Shown here in pieces: positions 19,523 through 33,414 of a stretch of 64,000 nt of DNA (positions are counted from its first letter, which is position 1; every line of letters begins with the position of its first letter). The position numbers and the translations under genes were made by a program. Origin of the DNA: a virus. Location: positions 5,850-69,849 of IMG/VR virus record IMGVR_UViG_3300037321_000063. One strand, written 5' to 3'. The notes beneath the pieces were generated by a model. That model made no database searches. It was not told the origin of the DNA and saw only the letters and a list, made by a program, of their open reading frames with translations.

Positions 19523-20500
19523 ATGACAGTATTTAGATCGCTAGTTACATCTGAATTTAGAACAGACAATTTGCTAAACTTCTATAGGCGTGTTTCTGAT
19601 GCGCCTACGGATAATTCACTTTATCTTATGTTTGGTAAGGACACTACTTGGTCTGCTAATGAAGATCTACAAAGCTTTACGCCACCATTGCCGAATGACT
19701 CTAAAGAAGGTCAAGCACAGGTATGGCAAAATGCATTGGGATTCTCAAAAATACCCCAAGCGGATTTAGTACCTAGCATACCCAGAAATGATTGGGAAGC
19801 GGGTGAAATATATTCCACTGGTAGTATTGTGATCACTAATAGTATATCGACCAACATTCCATCAATTGCGCCTAATGGTTATCCAGTTTATAAGTGCATT
19901 AAACAACCCGATGGTGTTGGTGAGGGTAGCTGTAGTATTTCACCCGCATCATATAACACGAAATCATTGTGTTTGAATAATGGCGGTGCATGGACAAGTG
20001 ATGCGGCGAGTGCATTACCAGAAGGTAGTGGAAGTTCTATTGACGGTGGTGATGGATATTTGTGGCAGTATCTGTATCTGATACCCGCAAGTCAAATATC
20101 GTCTAACATATCGAATGATTATATACCAGTGCCTACACCGGAAAATGTTGAATCAAGTTTAGCCGAGTGGGGATTAACTGATATTAGTAATCTGGAAGAA
20201 TACTCACGCATTATATATGAGGTTGAATGTACTACGCTCATATTCACTGACAGATTGGGTTCTGAAATATTAGGTCGATTGGGTGTGGCAACTACATCAT
20301 ACAGACAGATATCATTAATTATCAATCCGATATTGACAAAAGATTTTATTGTTGATCCAGATGTTAAGGCGTTTGAAGAATTTCATGCGGCTGAAGATAT
20401 CATTAGTCAAACTGGTGAAATGATTTATATGGAAAATAGGCAACCGATCACCAAGACTGTTGGACAAGCCGAAGAGTTACGAATTGTAATGACATTTTAG
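19523..20500 (+). CDS. gp8: baseplate wedge gp8
   Basis: VTSEFRTDNLLNF, DGYLWQYLY, YRQISLIINP, GEMIYMENRQPI motifs. Confidence 0.95.
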   Translation: MTVFRSLVTSEFRTDNLLNFYRRVSDAPTDNSLYLMFGKDTTWSANEDLQSFTPPLPNDSKEGQAQVWQNALGFSKIPQADLVPSIPRNDWEAGEIYSTGSIVITNSISTNIPSIAPNGYPVYKCIKQPDGVGEGSCSISPASYNTKSLCLNNGGAWTSDAASALPEGSGSSIDGGDGYLWQYLYLIPASQISSNISNDYIPVPTPENVESSLAEWGLTDISNLEEYSRIIYEVECTTLIFTDRLGSEILGRLGVATTSYRQISLIINPILTKDFIVDPDVKAFEEFHAAEDIISQTGEMIYMENRQPITKTVGQAEELRIVMTF

Positions 20501-20510
20501 GAGAGTCATA

Positions 20511-21125
20511 ATGAAAAATTTAATATTACTACCAGATCAGTTACAGTCTGGATTGAAACCAGATATTCATGAGTACCATATTGATACTCGAACTGGTAGA
20601 GCGATTGTATTACTACCAACTAGTAAGAATCAAGAACGCCCATCGGTCGATGTCGCTATTGGGTGTACAGTAACCATCAATGATTTGTTTGGGTGCTTTG
20701 ATGCTACGGTAGAAATACGCGCACCCAAGGGTGGAACAGTGGACGGTGGATCGTCAATAACTGTTTCAGAAAATAACGCAAATGTCAAATTTACTTTGGT
20801 TGATGAATTAACGTGGGTATCCAACACACTATTTAATCGTAGTTCTGAGGAAGTTGATATAACAGCCAATGTTCCATATGAGAAAGTCATTTGCAACCTT
20901 AACTTTCTTTCACTTTATGACTTTGATTTAACTTTCCACACTAAATATAAGATAGAAAGCATAAACTTAAAAGTCACTGACAAATGTGAATATGAGATAT
21001 CACATATTGGTGAAGACCTAATCGAATACGAAACGGCGTTCAAAGATGGTAAATATATTATGTCAATCGTATCAAAATTTGATGGTAAGTTATTCATTAC
21101 ACCAAATTCGTTATTAAGGAAATAA
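20511..21125 (+). CDS. gp9: gp9-like fibre connector apparently lacking the N-terminal anchor domain
   Basis: Lies between gp8 and gp10; HIDT..G...VLLP...G.TV...D..G pattern of the gp9/gp10 middle domain. Confidence 0.55.
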   Translation: MKNLILLPDQLQSGLKPDIHEYHIDTRTGRAIVLLPTSKNQERPSVDVAIGCTVTINDLFGCFDATVEIRAPKGGTVDGGSSITVSENNANVKFTLVDELTWVSNTLFNRSSEEVDITANVPYEKVICNLNFLSLYDFDLTFHTKYKIESINLKVTDKCEYEISHIGEDLIEYETAFKDGKYIMSIVSKFDGKLFITPNSLLRK

Positions 21126-21128
21126 TTA

Positions 21129-22835
21129 GTGAAGCATAAAATTAAACTAGGCTCTACAGTAGACGACCTAACAGGTGATTATCTACGTATTGGCGGCGAA
21201 AAAATAAATAGTAACTTTAGCGAAATCTATAATGATTTAGGTGACGGTGAAAATTTGTATCCAGCGGGTGCATGGCGAACGCATCTTGGGGGTGAGTCCG
21301 GTACATTAACAGTCGAATTTGGTGAATCGTGGGTAATTGATACCACCGGTGGATCAGTTACTGTGATATTACCGCAAGACCCAACCCCATCCGATTACGG
21401 TAAGGTTATAAAATTACGTGATGTAAAAGGTACGTGGAATAGTAATACGGTTGTAATGCAAGCGGGTAGTGGTGATCATGTTGGTGGTACTTCAGCCGAT
21501 GATGTGGTTAATACACCATACTCAGATGTGACATTGGTATTATCCGATAGCTCATTAGTATCATACGATTTTAAATATATCAAGGGAATTACGATTGATA
21601 GCATTCCTCAAGCGTCCACTGGTGATTCGATTCTAAAGAGAACGTTTCTATTAACATCGGCGCAACAAGATTTTACTGATGTGTTCAACGGCACTAATTA
21701 CAACATCGATAATTTAGAGGTCCATAAAAACGGTAACGAATTATATTATGGTGAAGCGGATACATTACCACCAACGGCTGATTCGGATTATGGATCGATT
21801 GGTGGCGGTACAGCATTAACGGCTCTGAATGGAACGGACGTAAGACTTAGAGTTCAAGGTGAAATAGGTGACGTTATTATGTTTAAAACGTTCCTAGCTT
21901 CGATTGGGGCTACTAAAACGACCTATTCACAATATGGCGTAGTATTAGCCAGTGGTGCGGGTGCAAATGTCAACGGTGAGATACTTTATAACATTGGTTC
22001 GAGTCCGACTATTACAATGGCGCAACTTGGTGCGGGTGGATTGCAGTATAACCCGGGTACTATCGAAGTTTACATAGACGGATTAAAAGTACCTCAGTTA
22101 AATTCTAATGGTGCATCTAACAATGTTTCAGATTACACATACGATATTAGTGATCCATCTGGTGTATTTTCTGAAATATTAATTCAGGGTTCAATCTCCG
22201 GTAATCAGTTATTAGAAATTAGATGGTTAAACGGTAACATTGGTTCGACTTTAGAATTTGAGGGACTTGGTGGAATTAAAGAGTTATCCGATGCCCAGTA
22301 TATGAATACCGCAACCCCAATAGTTAATAGAACTAATAAAATACGGTATCCGAATGCGGGTGTCAATGATTACAGTACCACAGGCGGCGCACCCGCCGAA
22401 ACTGGAATTAGGTTTAGTGATTTTGGTGTTTTGTTTGATACGATATATCCAATTGGTACGATATACAAAAATGCGTCTAATCCAGCTAATCCAGTGGATT
22501 ACATGGGTGTTGGAACTTGGGTGGTTCATTCGGCGGGTAGAGTCGAAATTGGATTTGAAACTGATGACAGTGAATTTGGTGTCCATACTGCAACTGGCGG
22601 TTCAATGGATAAAACATTAACGGCTGATAATATTCCGTTAACAGATTCAGGTTCAGAAAATTATATTAAAGTTGATCCTAATGGTGACATAGATTTGACT
22701 GGCTGTAGTACTGATCCGAATAGCTCACCATTAGTTGTAAAGTCGGTTGTTGCTGAATTTGGAAATGCAAGCCCATCGGCATTAGACATAACCCCATCAT
22801 TTGTAGTGGTGTATTCTTGGAGACGAATAGCATGA
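21129..22835 (+). CDS. gp10: baseplate wedge / tail pin gp10
   Basis: VDDLTGDYLRIGGEKINSNF, DYGKVIKLRDV.GTW, IYPIGTIY...NPANP.DYMG, VYSWRRIA motifs. Confidence 0.93.
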   Translation: MKHKIKLGSTVDDLTGDYLRIGGEKINSNFSEIYNDLGDGENLYPAGAWRTHLGGESGTLTVEFGESWVIDTTGGSVTVILPQDPTPSDYGKVIKLRDVKGTWNSNTVVMQAGSGDHVGGTSADDVVNTPYSDVTLVLSDSSLVSYDFKYIKGITIDSIPQASTGDSILKRTFLLTSAQQDFTDVFNGTNYNIDNLEVHKNGNELYYGEADTLPPTADSDYGSIGGGTALTALNGTDVRLRVQGEIGDVIMFKTFLASIGATKTTYSQYGVVLASGAGANVNGEILYNIGSSPTITMAQLGAGGLQYNPGTIEVYIDGLKVPQLNSNGASNNVSDYTYDISDPSGVFSEILIQGSISGNQLLEIRWLNGNIGSTLEFEGLGGIKELSDAQYMNTATPIVNRTNKIRYPNAGVNDYSTTGGAPAETGIRFSDFGVLFDTIYPIGTIYKNASNPANPVDYMGVGTWVVHSAGRVEIGFETDDSEFGVHTATGGSMDKTLTADNIPLTDSGSENYIKVDPNGDIDLTGCSTDPNSSPLVVKSVVAEFGNASPSALDITPSFVVVYSWRRIA

Positions 22836-23599
22836 GTAGAGCTGACCAACACGCTAGAGATATGGCGCAATTTTTATATTTCGAGAATAGTAGCACACAA
22901 TTTGACGGTGATACCATTCAAGATGCATTGGATAATACGCCACATAAATTAGATGGAATACATACCGGAAACACAATACTGAATTTTATAACCGTAGGCG
23001 CGGGTATAACATTAAAAGATGGTATATTGCGGATTCAGGAAACTGCATCATTGAATGTTGATGGTGATATATTTTCTATTGGTGATAATCAATTTGATGG
23101 TGATAGTAGATTCGGTACTGTTACAATAAATGATGCATTTACAATAAATGGCGATAGTGATTTTACCGATACGACTGTTGATTTTAGTAATGCAACCGTT
23201 TTAGGTTTAAGTACGGAATCAGTATTACCCGCATGGACGCAAGCATATAAATATTCTGGTAGCCCATCATCTGCACCATTTAATACCAGTGTTAGTCGCA
23301 CTTTATTGGAGGGTAAGGAAGTACTAGTTACTGTATACGACCAAAACAATACCGATGAAATGGGTGTTGTAATGTCATACTTTCCAAATATCGGCGGTAA
23401 TATACCCTCAGATCATATAGTAACATTGGGTATTGTACGTGATGATGGTGGAATAAATTACGTTTCATATCAAAACGGTCAAGTGCGCGGTAACGGTATG
23501 CGAGTATTATTAGTACTTTACAGAGACCCAATTATTGCCCCAGTTGGCGGTATATCATTCGACTCTAACACAGCAATATCATGGTCTAACACAATTTAA
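22832..23599 (+). CDS. short tail fibre gp12-like, shortened
   Basis: N-terminus QHARDMAQFLYFENSSTQF...IQDALD resembles the T4 gp12 N-terminus; ATGA overlap with gp10. Confidence 0.5.
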   Translation: MSRADQHARDMAQFLYFENSSTQFDGDTIQDALDNTPHKLDGIHTGNTILNFITVGAGITLKDGILRIQETASLNVDGDIFSIGDNQFDGDSRFGTVTINDAFTINGDSDFTDTTVDFSNATVLGLSTESVLPAWTQAYKYSGSPSSAPFNTSVSRTLLEGKEVLVTVYDQNNTDEMGVVMSYFPNIGGNIPSDHIVTLGIVRDDGGINYVSYQNGQVRGNGMRVLLVLYRDPIIAPVGGISFDSNTAISWSNTI

Positions 23600-23608
23600 G
23601 GAACGACA

Positions 23609-23932
23609 ATGGCTAGAAATTTACCTTTTGCAAGAATACCAGATGCGGCTTATCCCGCGCAAGTTTTGGTTTCATGGTTTTTAAACAGAAACAAATTAAT
23701 CGGTACTGATGTAACTTTGGGTGCTAATGCCCCATTATCTGATGATACACTAAATATACTGGATCATCAACTGTTATGTAATATTGAACGATTATATGAT
23801 TTAACCGCATTACGTGGTGATACTGCATCAAGACCAACTGAATATCAGCATCAATATTTCGACACTGATTTAGGGTTGCCGATCTGGTGGGATGGAGACA
23901 ATTGGGTAAATGCTTCTGGCACAACTGTATAG
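23609..23932 (+). CDS. wac: miniature fibritin (Wac N-terminal domain, 107 aa)
   Basis: LPF..P....Q..VSW..N...L.G.D...G...LN....LL.NIE.L matches the Wac neck-binding domain; directly precedes gp13. Confidence 0.6.
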   Translation: MARNLPFARIPDAAYPAQVLVSWFLNRNKLIGTDVTLGANAPLSDDTLNILDHQLLCNIERLYDLTALRGDTASRPTEYQHQYFDTDLGLPIWWDGDNWVNASGTTV

Positions 23933-23944
23933 GAATAAATAATA

Positions 23945-24832
23945 ATGGCGTTTAATGTCAAAACTGGTATAGAACTAAAAGACCACATATTACGTAGATT
24001 GGGCGCTCCGGTAATTAATATAGAAGTTACCGAAGACCAAGTGTACGACTGTATTAGTAGGGCGATAGAATTGTTTGTCGAATATCATTACGATGGTGTC
24101 GATAAAACATACATCGTTAGAAAATTGTCGGCGGCTGAAGCATCAACCGGTATCATTACATTTGACGAACCTGTATTGGGTATTAGTAAAGTTGAGTCTA
24201 CGCAAAATAATATTCTTGACCAATACAGTGGAAGTGCCGTTGTTACCGATTGGATATATGGGTTAATTAATCATACTGATACCGGTAAATCTTATGGTTA
24301 CGGTGGTGGTATTGGAATTGGAACACAATTTGATATGGTGTCGTGGCAATTAATGAGTTCTAATTTAGAAACCCTTAAAAATCTGGTTACTCCGAATACA
24401 AGCTATCACTACAATGGAATGAATCGACAACTTAAATTGTTTGATGAATTCTTGGAAGGTCAAATCGTATTCCTTGAATGCTATGTTGAAACGGCTGTAT
24501 CTGTATCTGATGCGGCGGGTGCTGGCGGCGGTAATATCGCAAACTTCGCGGGTGCTGGCGGTGCAACATATCAACAATATCCATTGATCGCTGGTGGTGT
24601 TGGGTCTGAACAATTACAAAACGTATATAACGTGCGGTGGGTTAAAGATATGTCAACCGCATACGTTAAATATCAATGGGGTTCTAACCTCAAAAAATAT
24701 GGCAATCAACAATTAGCTGGTGGCGTTACAGTAGAAGGTCAAACTATTTACGATGAAGCTGTAACAGAATTAGCCGAATTACGTGAAGAGTTGATAGCGA
24801 TCGAAGAGCCATTCGGCGTAATGATGGGGTAA
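23945..24832 (+). CDS. gp13: neck protein gp13
   Basis: ELKDHILRRLGAPVINIEVTEDQVYDCISRAIELF.EYHYDG motif. Confidence 0.96.
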   Translation: MAFNVKTGIELKDHILRRLGAPVINIEVTEDQVYDCISRAIELFVEYHYDGVDKTYIVRKLSAAEASTGIITFDEPVLGISKVESTQNNILDQYSGSAVVTDWIYGLINHTDTGKSYGYGGGIGIGTQFDMVSWQLMSSNLETLKNLVTPNTSYHYNGMNRQLKLFDEFLEGQIVFLECYVETAVSVSDAAGAGGGNIANFAGAGGATYQQYPLIAGGVGSEQLQNVYNVRWVKDMSTAYVKYQWGSNLKKYGNQQLAGGVTVEGQTIYDEAVTELAELREELIAIEEPFGVMMG

Positions 24833-24835
24833 TTT

Positions 24836-25588
24836 ATGGCAGTACATAAAATAAGCAATCTAACCTTTGCCACTTTATCGACTCAAGACGGATACGGTGG
24901 TACTGATGGTACTAGAGATAACTGGGCATTGAATCCGCATACTGGTGGATTCACTAATAATGATAACGAAAAAGACCTGTTACATTCTTTAACTATGGAA
25001 TCTATTCAGAAAAATGGTGTAGAGGGTTTCTACATATATCGTGAACACAATGATCCCGATTTATTGTTTGGTGAAGACCCGACTTCTGTATTTGAGGAAA
25101 CTTATAAAATTGCAATGTATGTCGAAAGCTTTGATGAATATGCTGGTGATGGTGACATATATTCAAAATTCGGATATACCGTTAACGATGAATTGAATTT
25201 GGTAGTGAATCCATTTTTGTTTAATCATCAAGTTAACGACAAATCAAATAAACCAAGAGAAGGTGATTTAATATATTTCCCAATGGGAAAGGCGTTATTT
25301 GAAGTGACATACGTTGAGGACGAAAAGCCGTGGTATCCGAGTGGTACATTGCCACAATTAAAAGTGACGGCTCAGAAATTCACGTATAGTAATGAGACAA
25401 TCGAAATGACAGATACGATATTTGGTAGTGATATTGGAGATATTGGTCAGTTGCCACAAAATATAATCGATGATGTTGAATCAATAAATGGCGTAACCGA
25501 TACAGACAAAGTTCAGTATGAACAAGCTGACGATATTGGTGATGAAGCCGATGATATTATTTCGTCAGATGTAAACCCATTCGAATAA
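24836..25588 (+). CDS. gp14: neck protein gp14
   Basis: DLLFGEDP, YSKFG..VNDE, PREGDLIYFPM motifs. Confidence 0.95.
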   Translation: MAVHKISNLTFATLSTQDGYGGTDGTRDNWALNPHTGGFTNNDNEKDLLHSLTMESIQKNGVEGFYIYREHNDPDLLFGEDPTSVFEETYKIAMYVESFDEYAGDGDIYSKFGYTVNDELNLVVNPFLFNHQVNDKSNKPREGDLIYFPMGKALFEVTYVEDEKPWYPSGTLPQLKVTAQKFTYSNETIEMTDTIFGSDIGDIGQLPQNIIDDVESINGVTDTDKVQYEQADDIGDEADDIISSDVNPFE

Positions 25589-25596
25589 GGTAGGTT

Positions 25597-26409
25597 ATGT
25601 TTAATCATTTTTATCACGGAACAACGAGACAGTATATTTCTATATTTGGATCTCTGTTTGACAATATAACTGTTCAGCGCGGTGATGGTAAAACTATTCG
25701 CGTACCGTTGGGGTTTGCCAATAAAGAAAAGTATTTTGCTAAATTGAATAGTGATTTGTTTCAGGATAAATCCGAGTTAGATCCAAACTCTAATGTTACA
25801 CCAAATATAACTTCGGTAGAGTTGGAAACCATATTGCCAAGAATGGGGTATTCTATGAATTCTATGCAATACGATCCAATGAGAAAAACTAACCTAAAAA
25901 ATAAAGTTCAGTTTACTAGGACAGATAGTACAAAATCTGTGGTCATGAATCCAGTACCTTACAACTTGAACTTTGAGTTAAGTGTATTTACTCGATACGA
26001 AGATGATATGTTGCAAATTGTTGAACAGATTATCCCATTCTTTCAACCGCATTTCAACATAACCATAAAAGATCTTGTTAGCGGTACGGACGTTGTAGTG
26101 AACAATAGAGACATTTCTGTGGATCTTGAAGCGGTACAACCGGAAGAAGATTTAGAGGGCGCTGGTAGCCAAAGGCGAATCATTCAGTGGTCATTTACGT
26201 TCATGCTCAAGGGTTATTACTACCCAATGATAAAAGATAACGTTAAGGATATTAAAACAGTTATAAATAATCTATACAACGAATCTATAAATATCACAGA
26301 TGTATCACAGTTGGACGACTTTATTGCGGATTCCAGTGTACGGTGGGACGTTAATCCACTAAGTGCGGCTGAAACAGATGAATATACTAAGGACTCTACT
26401 TGGAGTTAA
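25597..26409 (+). CDS. gp15: tail sheath stabilizer gp15
   Basis: HFYH, ETILPRM, RYEDDMLQIVEQIIPFFQPHFN motifs. Confidence 0.96.
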   Translation: MFNHFYHGTTRQYISIFGSLFDNITVQRGDGKTIRVPLGFANKEKYFAKLNSDLFQDKSELDPNSNVTPNITSVELETILPRMGYSMNSMQYDPMRKTNLKNKVQFTRTDSTKSVVMNPVPYNLNFELSVFTRYEDDMLQIVEQIIPFFQPHFNITIKDLVSGTDVVVNNRDISVDLEAVQPEEDLEGAGSQRRIIQWSFTFMLKGYYYPMIKDNVKDIKTVINNLYNESINITDVSQLDDFIADSSVRWDVNPLSAAETDEYTKDSTWS

Positions 26410-26429
26410 CTTATTGAGTTGAGGAAATT

Positions 26430-29531
<3,102 letters not shown>

Positions 29532-29547
29532 TTACATGAGCTTAGGA

Positions 29548-29620
29548 TTTACGTGTATAAATATAGGTAATTAAGCAAAAAACAATACACCCAAATCGAT
29601 ATAATTTACGTGTATAAATA
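29548..29620 (+). promoter_or_regulatory. two tandem late promoters (TTTACGTGTATAAATA twice)
   Basis: TATAAATA at 29556 and 29613, upstream of gp18. Confidence 0.85.
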
Positions 29621-29669
29621 GTATTATAATTGATTTGATTTAAAATCAAATTTTAAAAAGGAAACGAAA

Positions 29670-31187
29670 ATGGCTTTAATCTCGCCCGGTATAGAATCAA
29701 CTGAAAGTAATCTAACCACTACAATTAACAATGCTTCAACTGGGCGCGCGGCTCTAGTTGGACAATTTTCTTGGGGTGATCCAGAAACTATCACACAAGT
29801 AACAAACGAAACTGAATTAGTTAGTTTGTATGGTAAACCTACGGACACTAACTTTGCAAGCTTTTTTAGTGCATCGAACTTTTTATCATACGGTAACGAT
29901 TTAAGAATTTTGCGCGCCGTTCGAAGTGATGCCACACGCGCTACAGCCGAAGCTTCGACCGACCTTCAAGCTAAATATGTTGGCGCATTTGGTAACAGAA
30001 TTTCAATTGAGATTTTTGAACAAGAAGCAAGCTTTTCAGCATATTCACAATATACAAATTATAAATTAGATTTTGGTCAAAATTTCATAATTGTAAGATT
30101 GGATGGTGCTGTAGTTGAAACTCACACTACTTCAAACGATCCTACTGATAGAGATATCTATAATAATAGTTTATCGGTTGCTACTGTGTTGAGTCAATCT
30201 AGTAACTATATAATGGCAGTTGCCAACTCTAGCCCGAACTTAGGTAGTTTAGAAGATACGTTTATGTCTGGTGGTAATGACGGCGAAGCATCTTTAGAAG
30301 ACGCATATGTTACGGCGTGGGATGCATTCGAAGACCGTTATGAGATTTATGTAAATCTATTCATAGCGGGTGATGCGGCTGAAATTGGTGATTCAGTAGT
30401 AACTAATCTAAGTGATTTAATGGAAAAGAGACAAGATGCAATCGCATTTATATCTCCTAAAAAGGTTGATGTAGTTGATGCGTCTGATGTAGGAACAGCG
30501 ATTACTAATATCACAGATTATAAAACATCTACTATTAACCTAGCATCATCTTATTGCGCATTCGATGGTAACTATAAATATCAATATGATAAGTATAATG
30601 ATACATATCGCTGGATTCCACTAAATGCGGATATCGCTGGTCTATGTGTAGTTACGGATAATGTAGCCGCACCTTGGTTTAGCCCAGCTGGTGTAAATCG
30701 CGGTCAAATTCGCGGTGTTACTAAATTGGCACTTAGTACTAATCAATCGCATAGAGATACTTTATATGAAAATGGAGTCAACCCAGTTGTTGCATTCTCA
30801 GGTCAGGGTTTCTTCTTATACGGTGATAAAACTTCAGCCGTATCCGCAACCGCATTTGATAGAATTAATGTTCGTAGATTATTTAATACATTGAAGAAAG
30901 CTATTAGCGATAGCTCGCAATTTAAATTATTTGAATTGAACGACAACTTTACTAGGGTTAGCTTTAAAGCTGAAGTAGATCAATATTTACAGTCTATAAA
31001 AGCCAAACGTGGAATTATTGATTTTTTAGTTATTGTTGATGAAACTAACAACAATGCTCAAGTTATCGATTCTAATCAGTTTGTTGCCGATATATACATT
31101 AAACCAGCGCGGTCTATCAACTTCATTCAATTAAACTTTATTGCAACCGGAAGTGCGGTAGATTTTAATGAACTGTTAACAAGATAA
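29670..31187 (+). CDS. gp18: tail sheath protein gp18 (compact, 505 aa)
   Basis: MALISPGIE, FLSYGNDLRI, YKYQYDKYND, WFSPAG, FDRINVRRLF, KPARSINFI motifs. Confidence 0.97.
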   Translation: MALISPGIESTESNLTTTINNASTGRAALVGQFSWGDPETITQVTNETELVSLYGKPTDTNFASFFSASNFLSYGNDLRILRAVRSDATRATAEASTDLQAKYVGAFGNRISIEIFEQEASFSAYSQYTNYKLDFGQNFIIVRLDGAVVETHTTSNDPTDRDIYNNSLSVATVLSQSSNYIMAVANSSPNLGSLEDTFMSGGNDGEASLEDAYVTAWDAFEDRYEIYVNLFIAGDAAEIGDSVVTNLSDLMEKRQDAIAFISPKKVDVVDASDVGTAITNITDYKTSTINLASSYCAFDGNYKYQYDKYNDTYRWIPLNADIAGLCVVTDNVAAPWFSPAGVNRGQIRGVTKLALSTNQSHRDTLYENGVNPVVAFSGQGFFLYGDKTSAVSATAFDRINVRRLFNTLKKAISDSSQFKLFELNDNFTRVSFKAEVDQYLQSIKAKRGIIDFLVIVDETNNNAQVIDSNQFVADIYIKPARSINFIQLNFIATGSAVDFNELLTR

Positions 31188-31200
31188 GGAAAGAATAATA

Positions 31201-31701
31201 ATGGCACTTAATATAGATGGGATCAGATCAGCATACGAATCTGGTGACTTTGCAAGACCTAACCTTTTTGCGGTAGAAATACCGTTCTTAGGTCGGAACT
31301 TCGAATTTAAATGTAAAGCCGCGAACATGCCAGCCGGTATTGTTCCTGAAGTTTTGGTTTCATATCAAAACCGAAAGATTAAGATAGCCGGTGATCGTGA
31401 ATTCGATGCATGGACTATTACAGTCTATAACGAAGAAGGTCAAAACACAAGAAAATCTGTGTTGGCATGGATGGAATTAGCCGCCGGTCAAGGTTTAGAA
31501 ATTACTGGTGAACAGCCAGAAGATTACAAAAAGCTTGCAACCGTTAAACGATACAATCGTAAAGGTGAAGAGACTTATAAACAAAAGTTATACGGATGTT
31601 TTCCAACTAGTGTTGGTGAAGTTACTTTGGATTGGGAAGATAATAATACTGTGGAAATGTTCGAAATTACCATAGCATATGACTACTTTGACGAGGATTA
31701 A
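31201..31701 (+). CDS. gp19: tail tube protein gp19
   Basis: SGDFARPNLF.VEIP, AGDREFDAWTITVYN motifs. Confidence 0.97.
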   Translation: MALNIDGIRSAYESGDFARPNLFAVEIPFLGRNFEFKCKAANMPAGIVPEVLVSYQNRKIKIAGDREFDAWTITVYNEEGQNTRKSVLAWMELAAGQGLEITGEQPEDYKKLATVKRYNRKGEETYKQKLYGCFPTSVGEVTLDWEDNNTVEMFEITIAYDYFDED

Positions 31702-31708
31702 ATAAATT

Positions 31709-33238
31709 ATGTTTGATGATGTTAAATTACCGTTTTTAAAATATTTTGCTAAGAAGCAAGATTCAGAGACAACAAGTATTGCAGATGAATCATTTGCAAT
31801 TCCAGCTAATACGGACGGTTCTGTAGATGATATTGTGGATTCTAATTATCCACTACGAAAGGTATATGGATTGACTTGGGATGTTAACACAGATGTTAAC
31901 GATGAAAAACTAATAAATCAGTATAGGCAAGTTGCGGCTAATCAAGAAGTTGATAGGGCGATAACTGAAATTACTGATGATGCGATAGTATACGAAAAAA
32001 ACGTAGAAACCGTTTCCGTTGACTTGTCAGATTCAGACTTTAGTGAATCTGTCAAGTCTAAAATTTTAGAAGAAATGGAAAATATTTTACACCTATATAA
32101 TTTTGAAAACAATGGATGGAGTAAATTCCGTCAATGGTATGTTGATGGTAGACAATATCATCATATTATGATAGGTAAAAATATTAAAAATGGTATTAAG
32201 GAAATAAGAGAATTAGATCCAAGACGTACCAGAAAAGTTAGAGAAATTCATAAACGTAAAGCCCAAGGGCATGTTGAAGTTATCGCTGATGTTGTTGAAT
32301 ATTTTGTGTATTCACAGGATAAAGATGATCCGAGTAAATCGTATACATCTGGCTCGAAGAATATGGTTGAAGTTAAAATCCCTAAAGATGCTATTGTTTA
32401 TACTCATTCCGGTATAACTGGGGCTGATGATAAAATATTATCTAACTTGAATAAAGCCGTTAAAAATGCAAATCAGCTTAGAATGGTTGAAGATTGTTCA
32501 GTAATTTATAGATTGGCGCGCGCCCCAGAACGTAGAGTTTTCTATGTCGATGTTGGTAAAATGCCTAACACTAAAGCTAAACAGTTTATGAAGTCTATTA
32601 TGGATTCATTTAATAATAAAGTTATTTATAATTCATCAACTGGTAAGACCGATACTAAAAATGATGTTAATTCTATCATGGAAGATTATTGGCTACCTAG
32701 ACGCGAAGGTTCAAAGGGTACTGAGATATCAACACTACCCGGCGCACAATCGCTAGGCGAAATTGATGATATCGAATACTTTAACCGAAAGCTATATGAA
32801 GCACTAGGTGTTCCTCAGTCAAGATTTAGTACTGAAGCAACATTTGGCGGTAGAGGTTCAGAAATAACGCGCGAAGAATTAAGATTTGCCAAATTCATCG
32901 GTAGATTACAAAGACGATATCAGGGTACGTTCCTAGAACCGTTAAGAATTCAGTGCATATTAAAGGGTATTATTACCGAAGATGATTGGGCAAATAATCT
33001 TTCACATATAAATATAATATATAACAAAGATTCATACTTTGAAGAACAGAAAGAATTAGAGATATTGGGTATGCGGCTTGAGTCGTTAGAAGCAATAAAC
33101 TCATTTGTGGGTAAATATGTTTCCCATGAATTTGTTCGTAAAGTGATATTGAATCAAACTGATGAAGATATTAAAGACCAAGATGAACAAATTGCCAAAG
33201 AAGCATCTAATAAACAGTATAAGGTTGAAGAAGAATGA
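31709..33238 (+). CDS. gp20: portal protein gp20
   Basis: WYVDGR, YRLARAPERRVFYVDVG, EDYWLPRREG, EITREELRF motifs. Confidence 0.97.
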   Translation: MFDDVKLPFLKYFAKKQDSETTSIADESFAIPANTDGSVDDIVDSNYPLRKVYGLTWDVNTDVNDEKLINQYRQVAANQEVDRAITEITDDAIVYEKNVETVSVDLSDSDFSESVKSKILEEMENILHLYNFENNGWSKFRQWYVDGRQYHHIMIGKNIKNGIKEIRELDPRRTRKVREIHKRKAQGHVEVIADVVEYFVYSQDKDDPSKSYTSGSKNMVEVKIPKDAIVYTHSGITGADDKILSNLNKAVKNANQLRMVEDCSVIYRLARAPERRVFYVDVGKMPNTKAKQFMKSIMDSFNNKVIYNSSTGKTDTKNDVNSIMEDYWLPRREGSKGTEISTLPGAQSLGEIDDIEYFNRKLYEALGVPQSRFSTEATFGGRGSEITREELRFAKFIGRLQRRYQGTFLEPLRIQCILKGIITEDDWANNLSHINIIYNKDSYFEEQKELEILGMRLESLEAINSFVGKYVSHEFVRKVILNQTDEDIKDQDEQIAKEASNKQYKVEEE

Positions 33239-33414
33239 AATATGACGATATGATAGCCGCCGCTAATAACGGTAAATTAACCGAATTTGACAAAGAATTT
33301 AAATCCGCTATGTCCGAAATAATGTCTAGTAAGCTAAATAGCATGAAAGCTGATATTGCTAGTACAGTTCGTATCGATGGTGAAGAGGAATTAGAGGACT
33401 CTAGTAATGACTGA
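33235..33414 (+). CDS. gp67: prohead core protein gp67 (59 aa)
   Basis: Manual ORF MKYDDMIAAANNGKLTEFDKEF...KADIASTVRIDGEEELED; canonical position after gp20. Confidence 0.75.
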   Translation: MKYDDMIAAANNGKLTEFDKEFKSAMSEIMSSKLNSMKADIASTVRIDGEEELEDSSND

